Positions 37,498 to 53,517 of a stretch of 64,000 bases of DNA are shown here, in pieces. This DNA is from Auanema rhodensis (taxonomy: Eukaryota; Animalia; Nematoda), in contig OZ059900.1 of assembly GCA_964057225.1 (NCBI GenBank), forward strand, positions 13,082,001 through 13,146,000, read 5' to 3'. A program made the position numbers and the translations under genes. Within the stretch, counting starts at the first letter, position 1. Each line of letters opens with the position of its first letter. The notes under the pieces are model-generated. The model did not search any database and had not been told where the DNA came from. It was given only the letters and a program-made list of their open reading frames with translations.

Positions 37498-40400
37498 TTG
37501 CACACTCATGGTGTGCTTTCCAAAATGTATTTCCAACTCAGAAGTTCTCTGGTTAGATTGAGATACTACCTCTAACTTGGGTAATTAAACCAAATCTATT
37601 CAGGAAACTTATGAACTGTTCTAGCCTATCGCCGAATATGTGATCAGTGTACAAAGCTATACAAAGCTTTATCCGGTGAAACTATAATGTAAAAGACGCG
37701 TCATGTTCATATTCAAATTTGTTTTGCTTTGGCATCTATAGTGTCATATAATCATACTAAGACAGACAGTTTTCAATATTGCACACTCGTGGTGTGCTTT
37801 CCAAAATGTATTTCCAACTCAGAAGTTCTCTGGTTAGATTGAGATACTACCTCTAACTTGGGTAATTAAACCAAATCTATTCAGGAAACTTATGAACTGT
37901 TCTAGCCTATCGCCGTATATGTGATCAGTGTACAAATCTATACAAAGCTATACAAAGCTTTATCCGGTCAAACTATAATGTGAAAGACGCGTCCTGTTCA
38001 TATTCAAATTTGTTTTGCTTTGGCATCTATAGTGTCATATAATCATACTAAGACAGACAGTTTTCAATATTGCACACTCATGGTGTGCTTTCCAAAATGT
38101 ATTTCCAACTCAGAAGTTTTCTGGTTAGATTGAGATACTACCTCTAACTTGGGTAATTAAACCAAATCTATTCAGGAAACTTATGAACTGTTCTAGCCTA
38201 TCGCCGTATATGTGATCAGTGTACAAAGCTATACAAAGCTTTATCGGGTCAAACTATAATGTAAAAGACGCGTCATGTTCATATTCAAATTTGTTTTGCT
38301 TTGGCATCTATAGTGTCATATAATCATACTAAGACAGACAGTTTTCAATATTGCACACTCATGGTGTGCTTTCCAAAATGTATTTTCAACTCAGAAGTTC
38401 TCTGGTTAGATTGAGATACTACCTCTAACTTGGGTAATTAAACCAAATCTATTCAGGAAACTTATGAACTGTTCTAGCCTATCGCCGTATATGTGATCAG
38501 TGTACAAAGCTATACAAAGCTTTATCGGGTCAAACTATAATGTAAAAGACGCGTCATGTTCATATTCAAATTTGTTTTGCTTTGGCATCTATAGTGTCAT
38601 ATAATCATACTAAGACAGACAGTTTTCAATATTGCACACTCATGGTGTGCTTTCCAAAATGTATTTCCAACTCAGAAGTTCTCTGGTTAGATTGAGATAC
38701 TACCTCTAACTTGGGTAATTAAACCAAATCTATTCAGGAAACTTATGAACTGTTCTAGCCTATCGCCGTATATGTGATCAGTGTACAAAGCTATACAAAG
38801 CTATACAAAGCTTTATCCGGTGAAACTATAATGTAAAAGACGCGTCATGTTCATATTCAAATTTGTTTTGCTTTGGCATCTATAGTGTCATATAATCATA
38901 CTAAGACAGACAGTTTTCAATATTGCACACTCATGGTGTGCTTTCCAAAATGTATTTCCAACTCAGAAGTTCTCTGGTTAGATTGAGATACTACCTCTAA
39001 CTTGGGTAATTAAACCAAATCTATTCAGGAAACTTATGAACTGTTCTAGCCTATCGCCGAATATGTGATCAGTGTACAAAGCTATACAAAGCTTTATCCG
39101 GTCAAACTATAATGTAAAAGACGCGTCATGTTCATATTCAAATTTGTTTTGCTTTGGCATCTATAGTGTCATATAATCATACTAAGACAGACAGTTTTCA
39201 ATATTGCACACTCATGGTGTGCTTTCCAAAATGTATTTCCAACTCAGAAGTTCTCTGGTTAGATTGAGATACTACCTCTAACTTGGGTAATTAAACCAAA
39301 TCTATTCAGGAAACTTATGAACTGTTCTAGCCTATCGCCGTATATGTGATCAGTGTACAAAGCTATACAAAGCTTTATCGGGTCAAACTATAATGTAAAA
39401 GACGCGTCATGGTCATATTCAAATTTGTTTTGCTTTGGCATCTATAGTGTCATATAATCATACTAAGACAGACAGTTTTCAATATTGCACACTCATGGTG
39501 TGCTTTCCAAAATGTATTTCCAACTCAGAAGTTCTCTGGTTAGATTGAGATACTACCTCTAACTTGGGTAATTAAACCAAATCTATTCAGGAAACTTATG
39601 AACTGTTCTAGCCTATCGCCGAATATGTGATCAGTGTACAAAGCTATACAAAGCTTTATCCGGTCAAACTATAATGTAAAAGACGCGTCATGTTCATATT
39701 CAAGTTTGTTTTGCTTTGGCATCTATAGTGTCATATAATCATACTAAGACAGACAGTTTTCAATATTGCACACTCATGGTGTGCTTTCCAAAATGTATTT
39801 CCAACTCAGAAGTTCTCTGGTTAGATTGAGATACTACCTCTAACTTGGGTAATTAAACCAAATCTATTCAGGAAACTTATGAACTGTTCTAGCCTATCGC
39901 CGTATATGTGATCAGTGTACAAAGCTATACAAAGCTATACAAAGCTTTATCCGGTGAAACTATAATGTAAAGGACGCGTCATGTTCATATTCAAATTTGT
40001 TTTGCTTTGGCATCTTTAGTGTCATATAATCATACTAAGACAGACAGTTTTCAATATTGCACACTCATGGTGTGCTTTCCAAAATGTATTTCCAACTCAG
40101 AAGTTCTCTGGTTAGATTGAGATACTACCTCTAACTTGGGTAATTAAACCAAATCTATTCAGGAAACTTATGAACTGTTCTAGCCTATCGCCGAATATGT
40201 GATCAGTGTACAAAGCTATACAAAGCTTTATCCGGTCAAACTATAATGTAAAAGACGCGTCATGTTCATATTCAAATTTGTTTTGCTTTGGCATCTATAG
40301 TGTCATATAATCATACTAAGACAGACAGTTTTCAATATTGCACACTCATGGTGTGCTTTCCAAAATGTATTTCCAACTCAGAAGTTCTCTGGTTAGATTG

Positions 40401-41190
40401 AGATACTACCTCTAACTTGGGTAATTAAACCAAATCTATTCAGGAAACTTATGAACTGTTCTAGCCTATCGCCGAATATGTGATCAGTGTACAAAGCTAT
40501 ACAAAGCTTTATTCGGTCAAACTATAATGTAAAAGACGCGTCATGTTCATATTCAAATTTGTTTTGCTTTGGCATCTATAGTGTCATATAATCATACTAA
40601 GACAGACAGTTTTCAATATTGCACACTCATGGTGTGCTTTCCAAAATGTATTTCCAACTCAGAAGTTCTCTGGTTAGATTGAGATACTACCTCTAACTTG
40701 GGTAATTAAACCAAATCTATTCAGGAAACTTATGAACTGTTCTAGCCTATCGCCGTATATGTGATCAGTGTACAAAGCTATACAAAGCTATACAAAGCTT
40801 TATCCGGTGAAACTATAATGTAAAAGACGCGTCATGTTCATATTCAAATTTGTTTTGCTTTGGCATCTATAGTGTCATATAATCATACTAAGACAGACAG
40901 TTTTCAATATTGCACACTCATGGTGTGCTTTCCAAAATGTATTTCCAACTCAGAAGTTCTCTGGTTAGATTGAGATACTACCTCTAACTTGGGTAATTAA
41001 ACCAAATCTATTCAGGAAACTTATGAACTGTTCTAGCCTATCGCCGAATATGTGATCAGTGTACAAAGCTATACAAAGCTTTATCCGGTCAAACTATAAT
41101 GTGAAAGACGCGTCCTGTTCATATTCAAATTTGTTTTGCTTTGGCATCTATAGTGTCATATAATCATACTAAGACAGACAGTTTTCAATA

Positions 41191-44100
41191 TTGCACACTC
41201 ATGGTGTGCTTTCCAAAATGTATTTCCAACTCAGAAGTTCTCTGGTTAGATTGAGATACTACCTCTAACTTGGGTAATTAAACCAAATCTATTCAGGAAA
41301 CTTATGAACTGTTCTAGCCTATCGCCGTATATGTGATCAGTGTACAAAGCTATACAAAGCTTTATCGGGTCAAACTATAATGTAAAAGACGCGTCATGTT
41401 CATATTCAAATTTGTTTTGCTTTGGCATCTATAGTGTCATATAATCATACTAAGACAGACAGTTTTCAATATTGCACACTCATGGTGTGCTTTCCAAAAT
41501 GTATTTTCAACTCAGAAGTTCTCTGGTTAGATTGAGATACTACCTCTAACTTGGGTAATTAAACCAAATCTATTCAGGAAACTTATGAACTGTTCTAGCC
41601 TATCGCCGTATATGTGATCAGTGTACAAAGCTATACAAAGCTTTATCGGGTCAAACTATAATGTAAAAGACGCGTCATGTTCATATTCAAATTTGTTTTG
41701 CTTTGGCATCTATAGTGTCATATAATCATACTAAGACAGACAGTTTTCAATATTGCACACTCATGGTGTGCTTTCCAAAATGTATTTCCAACTCAGAAGT
41801 TCTCTGGTTAGATTGAGATACTACCTCTAACTTGGGTAATTAAACCAAATCTATTCAGGAAACTTATGAACTGTTCTAGCCTATCGCCGTATATGTGATC
41901 AGTGTACAAAGCTATACAAAGCTATACAAAGCTTTATCCGGTGAAACTATAATGTAAAAGACGCGTCATGTTCATATTCAAATTTGTTTTGCTTTGGCAT
42001 CTTTAGTGTCATATAATCATACTAAGACAGACAGTTTTCAATATTGCACACTCATGGTGTGCTTTCCAAAATGTATTTCCAACTCAGAAGTTCTCTGGTT
42101 AGATTGAGATACTACCTCTAACTTGGGTAATTAAACCAAATCTATTCAGGAAACTTATGAACTGTTCTAGCCTATCGCCGAATATGTGATCAGTGTACAA
42201 AGCTATACAAAGCTTTATCCGGTCAAACTATAATGTAAAAGACGCGTCATGTTCATATTCAAATTTGTTTTGCTTTGGCATCTATAGTGTCATATAATCA
42301 TACTAAGACAGACAGTTTTCAATATTGCACACTCATGGTGTGCTTTCCAAAATGTATTTCCAACTCAGAAGTTCTCTGGTTAGATTGAGATACTACCTCT
42401 AACTTGGGTAATTAAACCAAATCTATTCAGGAAACTTATGAACTGTTCTAGCCTATCGCCGTATATGTGATCAGTGTACAAAGCTATATAAAGCTTTATC
42501 GGGTCAAACTATAATGTAAAAGACGCGTCATGTTCATATTCAAATTTGTTTTGCTTTGGCATCTATAGTGTCATATAATCATACTAAGACAGACAGTTTT
42601 CAATATTGCACACTCATGGTGTGCTTTCCAAAATGTATTTCCAACTCAGAAGTTCTCTGGTTAGATTGAGATACTACCTCTAACTTGGGTAATTAAACCA
42701 AATCTATTCAGGAAACTTATGAACTGTTCTAGCCTATCGCCGTATATGTGATCAGTGTACAAAGCTATACAAAGCTATACAAAGCTTTATCCGGTGAAAC
42801 TATAATGTAAAAGACGCGTCATGTTCATATTCAAATTTGTTTTGCTTTGGCATCTATAGTGTCATATAATCATACTAAGACAGACAGTTTTCAATATTGC
42901 ACACTCATGGTGTGCTTTCCAAAATGTATTTCCAACTCAGAAGTTCTCTGGTTAGATTGAGATACTACCTCTAACTTGGGTAATTAAACCAAATCTATTC
43001 AGGAAACTTATGAACTGTTCTAGCCTATCGCCGAATATGTGATCAGTGTACAAAGCTATACAAAGCTTTATCCGGTCAAACTATAATGTAAAAGACGCGT
43101 CATGTTCATATTCAAATTTGTTTTGCTTTGGCATCTATAGTGTCATATAATCATACTAAGACAGACAGTTTTCAATATTGCACACTCATGGTGTGCTTTC
43201 CAAAATGTATTTCCAACTCAGAAGTTCTCTGGTTAGATTGAGATACTACCTCTAACTTGGGTAATTAAACCAAATCTATTCAGGAAACTTATGAACTGTT
43301 CTAGCCTATCGCCGTATATGTGATCAGTGTACAAAGCTATACAAAGCTTTATCGGGTCAAACTATAATGTAAAAGACGCGTCATGTTCATATTCAAATTT
43401 GTTTTGCTTTGGCATCTATAGTGTCATATAATCATACTAAGACAGACAGTTTTCAATATTGCACACTCATGGTGTGCTTTCCAAAATGTATTTTCAACTC
43501 AGAAGTTCTCTGGTTAGATTGAGATACTACCTCTAACTTGGGTAATTAAACCAAATCTATTCAGGAAACTTATGAACTGTTCTAGCCTATCGCCGTATAT
43601 GTGATCAGTGTACAAAGCTATACAAAGCTTTATCGGGTCAAACTATAATGTAAAAGACGCGTCATGTTCATATTCAAATTTGTTTTGCTTTGGCATCTAT
43701 AGTGTCATATAATCATACTAAGACAGACAGTTTTCAATATTGCACACTCATGGTGTGCTTTCCAAAATGTATTTCCAACTCAGAAGTTCTCTGGTTAGAT
43801 TGAGATACTACCTCTAACTTGGGTAATTAAACCAAATCTATTCAGGAAACTTATGAACTGTTCTAGCCTATCGCCGTATATGTGATCAGTGTACAAAGCT
43901 ATACAAAGCTATACAAAGCTTTATCCGGTGAAACTATAATGTAAAAGACGCGTCATGTTCATATTCAAATTTGTTTTGCTTTGGCATCTTTAGTGTCATA
44001 TAATCATACTAAGACAGACAGTTTTCAATATTGCACACTCATGGTGTGCTTTCCAAAATGTATTTCCAACTCAGAAGTTCTCTGGTTAGATTGAGATACT

Positions 44101-47100
44101 ACCTCTAACTTGGGTAATTAAACCAAATCTATTCAGGAAACTTATGAACTGTTCTAGCCTATCGCCGAATATGTGATCAGTGTACAAAGCTATACAAAGC
44201 TTTATCCGGTCAAACTATAATGTAAAAGACGCGTCATGTTCATATTCAAATTTGTTTTGCTTTGGCATCTATAGTGTCATATAATCATACTAAGACAGAC
44301 AGTTTTCAATATTGCACACTCATGGTGTGCTTTCCAAAATGTATTTCCAACTCAGAAGTTCTCTGGTTAGATTGAGATACTACCTCTAACTTGGGTAATT
44401 AAACCAAATCTATTCAGGAAACTTATGAACTGTTCTAGCCTATCGCCGTATATGTGATCAGTGTACAAAGCTATATAAAGCTTTATCGGGTCAAACTATA
44501 ATGTAAAAGACGCGTCATGTTCATATTCAAATTTGTTTTGCTTTGGCATCTATAGTGTCATATAATCATACTAAGACAGACAGTTTTCAATATTGCACAC
44601 TCATGGTGTGCTTTCCAAAATGTATTTCCAACTCAGAAGTTCTCTGGTTAGATTGAGATACTACCTCTAACTTGGGTAATTAAACCAAATCTATTCAGGA
44701 AACTTATGAACTGTTCTAGCCTATCGCCGTATATGTGATCAGTGTACAAAGCTATACAAAGCTATACAAAGCTTTATCCGGTGAAACTATAATGTAAAAG
44801 ACGCGTCATGTTCATATTCAAATTTGTTTTGCTTTGGCATCTATAGTGTCATATAATCATACTAAGACAGACAGTTTTCAATATTGCACACTCATGGTGT
44901 GCTTTCCAAAATGTATTTCCAACTCAGAAGTTCTCTGGTTAGATTGAGATACTACCTCTAACTTGGGTAATTAAACCAAATCTATTCAGGAAACTTATGA
45001 ACTGTTCTAGCCTATCGCCGAATATGTGATCAGTGTACAAAGCTATACAAAGCTTTATCCGGTCAAACTATAATGTAAAAGACGCGTCATGTTCATATTC
45101 AAATTTGTTTTGCTTTGGCATCTATAGTGTCATATAATCATACTAAGACAGACAGTTTTCAATATTGCACACTCATGGTGTGCTTTCCAAAATGTATTTC
45201 CAACTCAGAAGTTCTCTGGTTAGATTGAGATACTACCTCTAACTTGGGTAATTAAACCAAATCTATTCAGGAAACTTATGAACTGTTCTAGCCTATCGCC
45301 GTATATGTGATCAGTGTACAAAGCTATACAAAGCTTTATCGGGTCAAACTATAATGTAAAAGACGCGTCATGTTCATATTCAAATTTGTTTTGCTTTGGC
45401 ATCTATAGTGTCATATAATCATACTAAGACAGACAGTTTTCAATATTGCACACTCATGGTGTGCTTTCCAAAATGTATTTCCAACTCAGAAGTTCTCTGG
45501 TTAGATTGAGATACTACCTCTAACTTGGGTAATTAAACCAAATCTATTCAGGAAACTTATGAACTGTTCTAGCCTATCGCCGAATATGTGATCAGTGTAC
45601 AAAGCTATACAAAGCTTTATCGGGTCAAACTATAATGTAAAAGACGCGTCATGTTCATATTCAAATTTGTTTTGCTTTGGCATCTATAGTGTCATATAAT
45701 CATACTAAGACAGACAGTTTTCAATATTGCACACTCATGGTGTGCTTTCCAAAATGTATTTCCAACTCAGAAGTTCTCTGGTTAGATTGAGATACTACCT
45801 CTAACTTGGGTAATTAAACCAAATCTATTCAGGAAACTTATGAACTGTTCTAGCCTATCGCCGTATATGTGATCAGTGTACAAAGCTATACAAAGCTATA
45901 CAAAGCTTTATCCGGTGAAACTATAATGTAAAACACGCGTCATGTTCATATTCAAATTTGTTTTGCTTTGGCATCTTTAGTGTCATATAATCATACTAAG
46001 ACAGACAGTTTTCAATATTGCACACTCATGGTGTGCTTTCCAAAATGTATTTCCAACTCAGAAGTTCTCTGGTTAGATTGAGATACTACCTCTAACTTGG
46101 GTAATTAAACCAAATCTATTCAGGAAACTTATGAACTGTTCTAGCCTATCGCCGAATATGTGATCAGTGTACAAAGCTATACAAAGCTTTATCCGGTCAA
46201 ACTATAATGTAAAAGACGCGTCATGTTCATATTCAAATTTGTTTTGCTTTGGCATCTATAGTGTCATATAATCATACTAAGACAGACAGTTTTCAATATT
46301 GCACACTCATGGTGTGCTTTCCAAAATGTATTTCCAACTCAGAAGTTCTCTGGTTAGATTGAGATACTACCTCTAACTTGGGTAATTAAACCAAATCTAT
46401 TCAGGAAACTTATGAACTGTTCTAGCCTATCGCCGTATATGTGATCAGTGTACAAAGCTATATAAAGCTTTATCGGGTCAAACTATAATGTAAAAGACGC
46501 GTCATGTTCATATTCAAATTTGTTTTGCTTTGGCATCTATAGTGTCATATAATCATACTAAGACAGACAGTTTTCAATATTGCACACTCATGGTGTGCTT
46601 TCCAAAATGTATTTCCAACTCAGAAGTTCTCTGGTTAGATTGAGATACTACCTCTAACTTGGGTAATTAAACCAAATCTATTCAGGAAACTTATGAACTG
46701 TTCTAGCCTATCGCCGTATATGTGATCAGTGTACAAAGCTATACAAAGCTATACAAAGCTTTATCCGGTGAAACTATAATGTAAAAGACGCGTCATGTTC
46801 ATATTCAAATTTGTTTTGCTTTGGCATCTATAGTGTCATATAATCATACTAAGACAGACAGTTTTCAATATTGCACACTCATGGTGTGCTTTCCAAAATG
46901 TATTTCCAACTCAGAAGTTCTCTGGTTAGATTGAGATACTACCTCTAACTTGGGTAATTAAACCAAATCTATTCAGGAAACTTATGAACTGTTCTAGCCT
47001 ATCGCCGAATATGTGATCAGTGTACAAAGCTATACAAAGCTTTATCCGGTCAAACTATAATGTAAAAGACGCGTCATGTTCATATCCAAATTTGTTTTGC

Positions 47101-47151
47101 TTTGGCATCTATAGTGTCATATAATCATACTAAGACAGACAGTTTTCAATA
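41191..47151. repeat. Three copies of a 7-monomer higher-order repeat (1987 bp)
   Basis: Units start at 41191, 43178 and 45165. The markers CATCTTTAG and TATATAAAG recur every 1987 bp. Confidence 0.87.
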
Positions 47152-50100
47152 TTGCACACTCATGGTGTGCTTTCCAAAATGTATTTCCAACTCAGAAGTT
47201 CTCTGGTTAGATTGAGATACTACCTCTAACTTGGGTAATTAAACCAAATCTATTCAGGAAACTTATGAACTGTTCTAGCCTATCGCCGTATATGTGATCA
47301 GTGTACAAAGCTATACAAAGCTTTATCGGGTCAAACTATAATGTAAAAGACGCGTCATGTTCATATTCAAATTTGTTTTGCTTTGGCATCTATAGTGTCA
47401 TATAATCATACTAAGACAGACAGTTTTCAATATTGCACACTCATGGTGTGCTTTCCAAAATGTATTTCCAACTCAGAAGTTCTCTGGTTAGATTGAGATA
47501 CTACCTCTAACTTGGGTAATTAAACCAAATCTATTCAGGAAACTTATGAACTGTTCTAGCCTATCGCCGTATATGTGATCAGTGTACAAAGCTATATAAA
47601 GCTTTATCGGGTCAAACTATAATGTAAAAGACGTGTCATGTTCATATTCAAATTTGTTTTGCTTTGGCATCTATAGTGTCATATAATCATACTAAGACAG
47701 ACAGTTTTCAATATTGCACACTCATGGTGTGCTTTCCAAAATGTATTTCCAACTCAGAAGTTCTCTGGTTAGATTGAGATACTACCTCTAACTTGGGTAA
47801 TTAAACCAAATCTATTCAGGAAACTTATGAACTGTTCTAGCCTATCGCCGAATATGTGATCAGTGTACAAAGCTATACAAAGCTATACAAAGCTATACAA
47901 AGCTTTATCGGGTCAAACTATAATGTAAAAGACGCGTCATGTTCATATTCAAATTTGTTTTGCTTTGGCATCTATAGTGTCATATAATCATACTAAGACA
48001 GACAGTTTTCAATATTGCACACTCATGGTGTGCTTTCCAAAATGTATTTCCAACTCAGAAGTTCTCTGGTTAGATTGAGATACTACCTCTAACTTGGGTT
48101 ATTAAACCAAATCTATTCAGGAAACTTATGAACTGTTCTAGCCTATCGCCGAATATGTGATCAGTGTACAAAGCTATACAAAGCTTTATCCGGTCAAACT
48201 ATAATGTAAAAGACGCGTCATGTTCATATTCAAATTTGTTTTGCTTTGGCATCTATAGTGTCATATAATCATACTAAGACAGACAGTTTTCAATATTGCA
48301 CACTCATGGTGTGCTTTCCAAAATGTATTTCCAACTCAGAAGTTCTCTGGTTAGATTGAGATACTACCTCTAACTTGGGTAATTAAACCAAATCTATTCA
48401 GGAAACTTATGAACTGTTCTAGCCTATCGCCGTATATGTGATCAGTGTACAAAGCTATACAAAGCTTTATCGGGTCAAACTATAATGTAAAAGACGCGTC
48501 ATGTTCATATTCAAATTTGTTTTGCTTTGGCATCTATAGTGTCATATAATCATACTAAGACAGACAGTTTTCAATATTGCACACTCATGGTGTGCTTTCC
48601 AAAATGTATTTCCAACTCAGAAGTTCTCTGGTTAGATTGAGATACTACCTCTAACTTGGGTAATTAAACCAAATCTATTCAGGAAACTTATGAACTGTTC
48701 TAGCCTATCGCCGTATATGTGATCAGTGTACAAAGCTATACAAAGCTATACAAAGCTTTATCCGGTGAAACTATAATGTAAAAGACGCGTCATGTTCATA
48801 TTCAAATTTGTTTTGCTTTGGCATCTTTAGTGTCATATAATCATACTAAGACAGACAGTTTTCAATATTGCACACTCATGGTGTGCTTTCCAAAATGTAT
48901 TTCCAACTCAGAAGTTCTCTGGTTAGATTGAGATACTACCTCTAACTTGGGTAATTAAACCAAATCTATTCAGGAAACTTATGAACTGTTCTAGCCTATC
49001 GCCGAATATGTGATCAGTGTACAAAGCTATACAAAGCTTTATCCGGTCAAACTATAATGTAAAAGACGCGTCATGTTCATATTCAAATTTGTTTTGCTTT
49101 GGCATCTATAGTGTCATATAATCATACTAAGACAGACAGTTTTCAATATTGCACACTCATGGTGTGCTTTCCAAAATGTATTTCCAACTCAGAAGTTCTC
49201 TGGTTAGATTGAGATACTACCTCTAACTTGGGTAATTAAACCAAATCTATTCAGGAAACTTATGAACTGTTCTAGCCTATCGCCGTATATGTGATCAGTG
49301 TACAAAGCTATATAAAGCTTTATCGGGTCAAACTATAATGTAAAAGACGCGTCATGTTCATATTCAAATTTGTTTTGCTTTGGCATCTATAGTGTCATAT
49401 AATCATACTAAGACAGACAGTTTTCAATATTGCACACTCATGGTGTGCTTTCCAAAATGTATTTCCAACTCAGAAGTTCTCTGGTTAGATTGAGATACTA
49501 CCTCTAACTTGGGTAATTAAACCAAATCTATTCAGGAAACTTATGAACTGTTCTAGCCTATCGCCGTATATGTGATCAGTGTACAAAGCTATACAAAGCT
49601 ATACAAAGCTTTATCCGGTGAAACTATAATGTAAAAGACGCGTCATGTTCATATTCAAATTTGTTTTGCTTTGGCATCTATAGTGTCATATAATCATACT
49701 AAGACAGACAGTTTTCAATATTGCACACTCATGGTGTGCTTTCCAAAATGTATTTCCAACTCAGAAGTTCTCTGGTTAGATTGAGATACTACCTCTAACT
49801 TGGGTAATTAAACCAAATCTATTCAGGAAACTTATGAACTGTTCTAGCTTATCGCCGAATATGTGATCAGTGTACAAAGCTATACAAAGCTTTATCCGGT
49901 CAAACTATAATGTAAAAGACGCGTCATGTTCATATTCAAATTTGTTTTGCTTTGGCATCTATAGTGTCATATAATCATACTAAGACAGACAGTTTTCAAT
50001 ATTGCACACTCATGGTGTGCTTTCCAAAATGTATTTCCAACTCAGAAGTTCTCTGGTTAGATTGAGATACTACCTCTAACTTGGGTAATTAAACCAAATC

Positions 50101-51426
50101 TATTCAGGAAACTTATGAACTGTTCTAGCCTATCGCCGTATATGTGATCAGTGTACAAAGCTATACAAAGCTTTATCGGGTCAAACTATAATGTAAAAGA
50201 CGCGTCATGTTCATATTCAAATTTGTTTTGCTTTGGCATCTATAGTGTCATATAATCATACTAAGACAGACAGTTTTCAATATTGCACACTCATGGTGTG
50301 CTTTCCAAAATGTATTTCCAACTCAGAAGTTCTCTGGTTAGATTGAGATACTACCTCTAACTTGGGTAATTAAACCAAATCTATTCAGGAAACTTATGAA
50401 CTGTTCTAGCCTATCGCCGTATATGTGATCAGTGTACAAAGCTATATAAAGCTTTATCGGGTCAAACTATAATGTAAAAGACGTGTCATGTTCATATTCA
50501 AATTTGTTTTGCTTTGGCATCTATAGTGTCATATAATCATACTAAGACAGACAGTTTTCAATATTGCACACTCATGGTGTGCTTTCCAAAATGTATTTCC
50601 AACTCAGAAGTTCTCTGGTTAGATTGAGATACTACCTCTAACTTGGGTAATTAAACCAAATCTATTCAGGAAACTTATGAACTGTTCTAGCCTATCGCCG
50701 AATATGTGATCAGTGTACAAAGCTATACAAAGCTATACAAAGCTATACAAAGCTTTATCGGGTCAAACTATAATGTAAAAGACGCGTCATGTTCATATTC
50801 AAATTTGTTTTGCTTTGGCATCTATAGTGTCATATAATCATACTAAGACAGACAGTTTTCAATATTGCACACTCATGGTGTGCTTTCCAAAATGTATTTC
50901 CAACTCAGAAGTTCTCTGGTTAGATTGAGATACTACCTCTAACTTGGGTTATTAAACCAAATCTATTCAGGAAACTTATGAACTGTTCTAGCCTATCGCC
51001 GAATATGTGATCAGTGTACAAAGCTATACAAAGCTTTATCCGGTCAAACTATAATGTAAAAGACGCGTCATGTTCATATTCAAATTTGTTTTGCTTTGGC
51101 ATCTATAGTGTCATATAATCATACTAAGACAGACAGTTTTCAATATTGCACACTCATGGTGTGCTTTCCAAAATGTATTTCCAACTCAGAAGTTCTCTGG
51201 TTAGATTGAGATACTACCTCTAACTTGGGTAATTAAACCAAATCTATTCAGGAAACTTATGAACTGTTCTAGCCTATCGCCGTATATGTGATCAGTGTAC
51301 AAAGCTATACAAAGCTTTATCGGGTCAAACTATAATGTAAAAGACGCGTCATGTTCATATTCAAATTTGTTTTGCTTTGGCATCTATAGTGTCATATAAT
51401 CATACTAAGACAGACAGTTTTCAATA
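45727..51426. repeat. Tandem duplication of a 10-monomer unit (2850 bp)
   Basis: 45727-48576 is repeated at 48577-51426, including the 301-bp monomer (47714, 50564) and the GGGTTATT monomer (48015, 50865). Confidence 0.87.
48015..48108 (-). ncRNA. SL RNA gene with variant exon GGTTTAATAACCCAAGTTAGAG (also in monomers starting 50865, 57990)
   Basis: The plus strand reads GGGTTATTAAACC in three copies. Confidence 0.85.
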
Positions 51427-53423
51427 TTGCACACTCATGGTGTGCTTTCCAAAATGTATTTCCAACTCAGAAGTTCTCTGGTTAGATTGAGATACTACCT
51501 CTAACTTGGGTAATTAAACCAAATCTATTCAGGAAACTTATAAACTGTTCTAGCCTATCGTCGTATATGTGATCAGTGTACAAAGCTATACAAAGCTATA
51601 CAAAGTTTTATCCTGTCAAACTATAATGTAAAAGACGCGTCATGTTCATGATCAAATTCATATTGCTTAATCATCTATAGTGACATATAATCATACTAAG
51701 ACAGACAGTTTTCAATATTGCACACTCATGGTGTGCTTTCCAAAATGTATTTCCAACTCAGAAGTTCTCTGGTTAGATTGAGATACTACCTCTAACTTGG
51801 GTAATTAAACCAAATCTATTCAGGAAACTTATGAACTGTTCTAGCCTATCGCCGTATATGTGATCAGTGTACAAAGCTATACAAAGCTTTATCGGGTCAA
51901 ACTATAATGTAAAAGACGCGTCATGTTCATATTCAAATTTGTTTTGCTTTGGCATCTATAGGTTCATATAATCATACTAAGACAGACAGTTTTCAATATT
52001 GCACACTCATGGTGTGCTTTCCAAAATGTATTTCCAACTCAGAAGTTCTCTGGTTAGATTGAGATACTACCTCTAACTTGGGTAATTAAACCAAATCTAT
52101 TCAGGAAACTTATGAACTGTTCTAGCCTATCGCCGTATATGTGATCAGTGTACAAAGCTATACAAAGCTTTATCGGGTCAAACTATAATGTAAAAGACGC
52201 GTCATGTTCATATTCAAATTTGTTTTGCTTTGGCATCTATAGTGTCATATAATCATACTAAGACAGACAGTTTTCAATATTGCACACTCATGGTGTGTTT
52301 TCCAAAATGTATTTCCAACTCAGAAGTTCTCTGGTTAGATTGAGATACTACCTCTAACTTGGGTAATTAAACCAAATCTATTCAGGAAACTTATGAACTG
52401 TTCTAGCCTATCGCCGTATATGTGATCAGTGTACAAAGCTATACAAAGCTATACAAAGTTTTATCCTGTCAAACTATAATGTAAAAGACGCGTCATGTTC
52501 ATATTCAAATTTGTTTTGCTTTGGCATCTATAGGTTCATATAATCATACTAAGACAGACAATTTTCAATATTGCACACTCATGGTGTGCTTTCCAAAATG
52601 TATTTCCAACTCAGAAGTTCTCTGGTTAGATTGAGATACTACCTCTAACTTGGGTAATTAAACCAAATCTATTCAGGAAACTTATGAACTGTTCTAGCCT
52701 ATCGCCGTATATATGATCAGTGTACAAAGCTATACAAAGCTTTATCGGGTCAAACTATAATGTAAAAGACGCGTCATGTTCATATTCAAATTTGTTTTGC
52801 TTTGGCATCTATAGTGTCATATAATCATACTAAGACAGACAGTTTTCAATATTGCACACTCATGGTGTGCTTTCCAAAATGTATTTCCAACTCAGAAGTT
52901 CTCTGGTTAGATTGAGATACTACCTCTAACTTGGGTAATTAAACCAAATCTATTCAGGAAACTTATGAACTGTTCTAGCCTATCGCCGTATATGTGATCA
53001 GTGTACAAAGCTATACAAAGCTTTATCGGGTCAAACTATAATGTAAAAGACGCGTCATGTTCATATTCAAATTTGTTTTGCTTTGGCATCTATAGTGTCA
53101 TATAATCATACTAAGACAGACAGTTTTCAATATTGCACACTCATGGTGTGCTTTCCAAAATGTATTTCCAACTCAGAAGTTCTCTGGTTAGATTGAGATA
53201 CTACCTCTAACTTGGGTAATTAAACCAAATCTATTCAGGAAACTTATGAACTGTTCTAGCCTATCGCCGTATATGTGATCAGTGTACAAAGCTATACAAA
53301 GCTATACAAAGCTTTATCCGGTGAAACTATAATGTAAAAGACGCGTCATGTTCATATTCAAATTTGTTTTGCTTTGGCATCTTTAGTGTCATATAATCAT
53401 ACTAAGACAGACAGTTTTCAATA

Positions 53424-53517
53424 TTGCACACTCATGGTGTGCTTTCCAAAATGTATTTCCAACTCAGAAGTTCTCTGGTTAGATTGAGATACTACCTCTA
53501 ACTCGGGTAATTAAACC
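53424..53517 (-). ncRNA. SL RNA gene with variant exon GGTTTAATTACCCGAGTTAGAG
   Basis: Plus-strand T to C at 53504 (AACTCGGG). Single copy. Confidence 0.75.
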